Source: Flaccisagitta enflata
Taxonomy: Eukaryota
DNA: 64,000 nt
Assembly: GCA_965153355.1 (NCBI GenBank)
Contig: OZ231126.1
Span: 45,322,001 to 45,386,000, forward strand
Direction: 5' to 3'
Shown: positions 57,499-64,000 of the stretch, one piece after another
How positions within the stretch are numbered: position 1 is the first letter of the stretch
How the letters are laid out: each line of letters begins with the position of its first letter
Program-made: the position numbers and the translations under genes
The notes under the pieces: generated by a model
What the model saw: the letters and a program-made list of their open reading frames with translations, nothing else
Told to the model about the DNA's origin: nothing
Databases searched by the model: none

Positions 57499-59096
57499 TT
57501 CTTTTGATGAAGATAAGTAATTCCTCGAAATACTTTTTCCAATTTCTCGTTCTAACAAATTAATCCTTCGCGTGATTGCTTATTGGATTCTTCGGGATTT
57601 CCGCTTCTTTTCCTTCTTTTAAAAATGGTAAACAACTTTTATTTCTGCGAGTTTCCATCCCTTCTAATTTCCTCCGCCAGCCAGCCCAGAGCGAGTATAC
57701 GTTCAATAGTGAACTCACATTTTGCTTCCGCAACATCGGATTTGGAGGGACACAAAACTGCATTTGCTCCTTTCAAATATACAGTACGTCGGGAGCAATA
57801 AAGTCAGTACAAAGCGAAAAAAGGGCCTCCTACAGTTTTATTGTTAGATAAAGAAACCTTGTGCATTGGTATTTCTAAAAGGTGATGGTCAAAGGCTTGG
57901 AGTGAATATAAATTCCACACTTATTCATGATTTAGAACGAGACTGACAATATGCTTTCTTGATTTGTATGTGGCATGTTAGATTCTTACAGTCATAGGCT
58001 CGAATCTGGAGAGCCATTTTTCTTTTTTTTTTTTTTGGTTTACTAAAAAAAATTGCAAGGAACCATTTTCATCATGTTACATGCGGATTTATGTAAGGGT
58101 CGCTCTCTGAGGCGGTATTGCGGAGGTAGAAATTAAAATGTTTAATAAATTAAAAAAATAAATAAGCGTTTATGCGATTTAAGCAATCATTCCTTATCAT
58201 TTCTCTTCATGATTAGGAGCGCGTGCAATACATGTGATATACACGATCGTCACTCACCAAGTCGGCAGCCTCTCATTAATTTGTAACCCTAGGTTACAAT
58301 ATCGTTGGGGGAAGGGGCGGAAATGCGTGCTTTTCGCTTACTCATCTTAGGCAGTTGCGTGTCCACAAATAACATCGCGAGATACTAGTCTGTGCAAACT
58401 GTCCCGTGTGTGAACAATTAATAACAGCAGTAAAACTGTTGAACGTCTAAACCGAAAATGGATAATGGATCGAAGGGCGGAGCCATCGGAGTGTAGAGTC
58501 ACGTGCGCGAGAATTTCAAACATCTTTTGTTTTCCTTTCGTGAATCTCGAAGCCAATTTCCCGACGGAAATCGAAATGTTCAATTGTTTGTTTATTCGTG
58601 CTTCACAAAAGCGACGCAACGGCAAGGCGCCGTTGCAGGTATCATAATGCAATTTGCATGGGGAAGTGTGGCTTACTTCGAAATTCGAGAAAACAAGGCC
58701 GGATACACGGCACCCCCAGTCGCGTGCGGGTGGGTAGGGGCCATATTTTAGGTCAGTGGAGCATTTGGGCAGGAGCGGTATAGCCAAAAACCCCATTAAC
58801 GCCAAAAAAGTAAAGTGTGACGGACAAACGGACGGACGGACGGACCGAAAAAGCGGGGTGTAGAGTCGCGTAGCACGCGACTAAAAAACAAGAGAAATAG
58901 ACATGATGCACGAATCTGAAATAATGGCTTCATACTGATACAATACCGGCATGATCCAGGCATGAATCTGAGAGGACTATGTCGTAGACAATGTTGCGTC
59001 TTTATGGGCTGCCCCTCAGTGATTGTGAATAGTGATATCATAATGTGCCTCTCAATAGTCTCTGTCTCTGTCTGTCTCTGTCTGTCTCTCTGTCTG

Positions 59097-59156
<60 letters not shown>

Positions 59157-60033
59157 GTCCTCTCATAATCTCCCGCAATACCTCTGTATATAAATGAGGC
59201 AGGTACGGTGCGTGTGTTCGGGGTTGAATGAACTGAGGAATCGGTTGACAAATGGAAGCTAGACTCGCTCTCTCCCCCGTAAACATGATTTGTCATCATC
59301 CCGCAAATTCCATCCATTTCCATTTTTCTTTCTTTTTGTTTTCTTTTTCTTTTTTAATTCGCCTTCACGTGGCTCTATACTCCACTTCATCTGTTTGTCG
59401 GTCGATTCGTAAAGCTACAAGCGTATCTTGTAGTTACAATTCTTTTTTTCAGAAAGAAGTTTTGAGTCCTTGAGAGATCTCTAATACAAGGAGAAAGATT
59501 ATTGTGGGTAAAAAAATTTAAGTAATGGGTTCGAATTATAAAGTCTGTATTTGAGCGTTTTGGTATACCCATTCTTTTTTTCTTTGAAGATTGGGTTTGC
59601 CAAAATGCTTTTATGAGATTTTCGTGATTAGAGGGATAACCCCCCCACCCCCCCATGACTGGAGTTTTCATTCCACCGTAGAGAAGAATCTCCCGGTCCA
59701 TCTACAGTTCGACACACGACTGATTAACTCAAGTATGTGTCCTTGTTTCTTTTTTTCCTCCCTTCAATCATCCTGTCTGCCACCTGTCTCGCCACTATTC
59801 CTACCCCTCCCCCACCCATCTCTTTCCTTTCTCATCATGAAATTGCTTCCCTTCAATCATCCTGTCTGCCACCTGTCTCGCCACCATTCCTACCCCTCCC
59901 CCATCCATCCCGCCCCATCCTCATCCCGTATTTGCTTCCCTTCTCTTTTCCTCCGTTTCTATTCCAGTTCTCACTTGAAATATAATTGTTTTTCGAGCTC
60001 AGGTAGTTTCTGCTGAATCGTCCATGTGCGCTT

Positions 60034-60099
<66 letters not shown>

Positions 60100-60209
60100 T
60101 GCCGTTGCTCATTCTCTGTTTGTGTGGTTGGAATTACAAGTGGAAGAATTGCAAAATAATGGAGAATTGGATGGATAGCGATTGAGCGGAGGTAGATGTG
60201 AACCGTGAC

Positions 60210-60285
<76 letters not shown>

Positions 60286-60303
60286 GATAGTGATAGTGTT
60301 GAA

Positions 60304-60359
<56 letters not shown>

Positions 60360-60389
60360 GATGATGATGAAGATAGTGATAGTGTTGAA

Positions 60390-60460
<71 letters not shown>

Positions 60461-61722
60461 AATATCGATATAATGGTTACGGTAGTGCTCATGCTAATGG
60501 AAATGATGATGAAAAAACATACGATGATACAGAATTGAGAATGGAATCGAAATGATAATGGGCAATGGTAGAAATGTCGATGATAACTTCAACAAGCCAC
60601 ATGCACCGAATGTTCACCAGATGCTTTGCTTACAGACAAAGGAAGCGGCTTCGCTCATTTAAAGGCAGTCTGCTGCAGATTAATACCCAAAGAAAGGCAG
60701 CAAATGTAGCGAGCACCGGCTGCTCGCGCATCACTGATTTTCTCTATCTCTCTCTCTTTCTCTCCTCACGTAAAATCAACAACTTTCCTTCTCGCTGCCC
60801 ATTTGTCAGGCATTTTCATTTGTTAGGGTGGTATAAGATAACATTTCTGTTGAAAGATAAGTGTTACAAATACTCAGAATTTCCCGTCTTAATTTCAGTA
60901 ATTCGGCAACCAGAAGTCCATCTTTTGGACTCGACTTCATCTTCCTTTGTCTTGAAAAGTGAAGATGGCATCGAGGTCCCTTGACGACGCCGTTAGTTAC
61001 CACTTTGCCGACCTTAGAAACGGCGCTTACGACCTTAGCAACGTCGTTGAAGACCTGACGACCGCGGAAAAATGACCTTAATGACACCTTTTAGGGTGAC
61101 CATTGGGAAAAGTGATTTCTCCCCATGTCTTACAGCGGGAAAGAAAAGATGACGAGAGCGGTTGGTTGCTGTGGTATAACCGATACCTTTTTCTTGTCAA
61201 ACTCAAAGGTGTAATTTACGTTTGTTCCGTTTGTAATTGAGTTGCATCTTTCGTAACCCGATTTCTTCTATCATCTTAAGTCAAGATACCAAATGGAGGT
61301 ACTAACAGGAAGTAGTAGAAGCCAAATATGACACCTAATATTCAATTGAAATGTAGAAATTTACTGCGCTTAACTAAGCTTTTATTGATCTCTCACACAA
61401 AAAAGATTCAAAACGAAACCCGGCAAACCCTTCCGAGCTAACAGGCTTTTTCTAACTTGCAAAGCCATGATTCAGGTTTATAGGAGAAAGCACGGAAGCC
61501 GATGTGAAAAGAGAGGAACAAAAAAGCTGACAAAAAAAAAAGAGTGAGAAAAAATAACAAGAAAAAAGACCAGAAGAAGCAATTTTATGTAAAAGGTTCA
61601 GCAGGCGGAAGGAAAGGTCAAAATTGGTTTCATTACTCTGCCGAGGCAAAGAGGAAAGAAATTGGAGAGAAATCACCTGTTTATGGGGCCAGACTGAGGA
61701 AGAAGCAAGGCAAGAGGATTGT

Positions 61723-61843
<121 letters not shown>

Positions 61844-62204
61844 GACAAAGAGAGAGAGAGAAACAGCCGGACAGCCTAAAAAACAGACCGACAAACATGC
61901 AGACAGACGGACAGGCAGGAAAATGGACTTACAAAGAGGCAGACAAGTGGGGAGCAAATAATCTCAGTCGTCTGAGAGAGACAGACAGAAATACACAGAA
62001 ATACAGACAGACAGTTAGCTAGAATGACAGAATAATAGAATGACAGTCATATAGACAGAAGTAGAGTAAGAAGAAGTCTCCGACCTTTCAGGAAGAGAAA
62101 AGAGAGAAGAAAGAGATGAACGGGTGAGCAGAGAGAAAATCACCTGTTTATGGAGTCCAAAGACTTTTATGGCCCCTTGCGGCGAAAAAAGGGCCACAAG
62201 AGAG

Positions 62205-62397
<193 letters not shown>

Positions 62398-63078
62398 ACT
62401 TATCTGCTAATATGGTCATAAACATATCTGCAAGGTTGAGGTGAAACATGTATGAGTGGGCAAAAAAATGCGAAAATGGGATTTGCAGAAAAAAACGAAG
62501 TATGAATCGACCTTTTGAACTTACTTCATGTCTGGTCGGTCGTTAGCTTGCGCTCAAGTTAGCTCATGCTTGACTTTCTTCGATGAGACTTGATCGAAAA
62601 AGAAAACATTCATAAAGAAGAAAAAAAAGGATGTACAAACATCTGAGTGAAATGCTCGTTATACCATTTGCATTGGCTACCTTGCCGCTAATTTATCATC
62701 AGAAAACGACGATATGGCTTCTTATGATCTAATGAGAATAAACAGCCATCTGCAAATATTATAAAAATCACCAGTCTGATTGTAGTTAGTTTTTTCTCTT
62801 CTCCTTTTGTATTGCGGCGTACCAACTGTACTTGTGCCATGCATGTTGTATGCTCAACGAAATTTCATGTAATGTAAATAAAAGATAAGCGTAAATAAAA
62901 GATAATCATTTCATTCCAAATCTACTCATGTACATTTTTTTGGGACCAAAAATGACCAATATTGAAAGCAGGAGTGAAGAACAAATTAACGACGACCGCA
63001 ATTCATAACATATTCATAACATATTCATAACATATTCTAGATCAGGGTGAAAATCCCTCCGACCACCTGCCAATAGTA

Positions 63079-63687
63079 ATGACGCTTTCAACCAAAGCAA
63101 ATCCACCTCCTCCAACTGAAGGGGAATCCAAGTTCAAAGAATCTTTGAAATGGGAAAAAATTCCTGCTTCCAAGCGAGAACTGTACTCATCGCGGGTAGA
63201 CGAATTACTACGTCACAGACCGCCGCGGAATATGAAATGTCATGTCTCATGTCTCTGTAGTGATGATACGTGTAAAATCGCGATCCAAGAAGAATATGAC
63301 ACGCTATTGTACTGCATGAAGGAGGCTGACAAAATTCTTCCAAGGCACAAGCCCGGTTTAGAGAAGGATTGGTGGACTCACGAGCTTACCTGTCTCAAGA
63401 ATCAATCTATAGACATACAATCTGTCTGGATCGAACAAGGACGTCCTAGTCAAGGCTATGTTCATGATGAAAGATTACGCGTGCGTGCCAACTACAAACG
63501 TTCAATAAGAGCCGCTCAACGTGCTCCACAGCAAGTCGCCTGGGACCGCCTGCACACGTCTTTAGCCTCAAAAGATACAAATTCCTTTTGGAAGTCATGG
63601 AAGTCACTATACAACAAGAATAAGAGTCCTCTTGCTACAGTAGTGAATGGCTGCTCTTCAAAAAATGACATTGCAAATTGTAGTTGA
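63079..63687 (+). pseudogene. Non-LTR retrotransposon (LINE) ORF2 fragment, linker between endonuclease and RT
   Basis: KDWWTHELTCLKNQS...WIEQGRPSQG...RANYKRSIR...SFWKSWK resembles the conserved pre-RT region of CR1/L2/RTE-X-like ORF2. It stops before any RT motif. Confidence 0.7.
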
Positions 63688-64000
63688 TTGAAAGTCATCA
63701 TTACACAGGAAGGTTAAATCGAAAAAAAGTAGACTTTTTTTATGGAGAGTACTGTGTATTTGCATGGAATTTTATGCATGAATTTTCAAACCGATTTTCG
63801 GCTCATCATCAGATGCAAAGAAATGAAAAACAGAGAAAGAGACAAGAGAATTTAAAGGGAAAGGAATGAATAGAAAGGGATTAAGAGACAGACGAGAGGA
63901 TGACCAAGATTGATCACAAGACCCAGAAGGACAAGGGTTTTCTAGTTTAAAAAGAAAAAAATTGGAAGAAAAAACTGAAAAAGAGTTCACAAACGTTTCA

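Noticed and set aside
60975-61090. Amphipathic-looking peptide (FNDVAKVVSAVSKVGKVV) on the minus strand
   Set aside because: No ATG, signal peptide or linked exon found; probably a degenerate short repeat.

Overview
Eukaryotic, probably invertebrate-animal, genomic DNA that is very rich in microsatellites; the species cannot be identified from this window. (1) An apparently recent 11.56-kb minus-strand LTR retroelement (1188-12750) has two 550-bp LTRs that look identical, a GTATC target-site duplication and a polypurine tract. Its only long ORF is a 971-aa BEL/Pao-like Gag, with no pol. It has no tRNA-type primer-binding site; instead the PBS position holds an 11-nt perfect complement of a sequence inside the LTR (a Tf1-style self-priming signature). 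It also carries four repeated structured hairpins in the leader and a GC-box array in the 3' region. (2) A five-exon minus-strand gene (47365-39809, about 778 aa) encodes a membrane-bound processive GT2 glycosyltransferase (DAD, DD, QARRW) that does not look like chitin, hyaluronan or cellulose synthase. (3) The rest is mostly non-autonomous DNA elements (Tc1/mariner-type and hAT MITEs, a foldback element, Helentron/DINE-1-like elements carrying minisatellites), satellites, and a LINE ORF2 fragment near the right end. All calls come from reading the sequence by eye; no searches were run.
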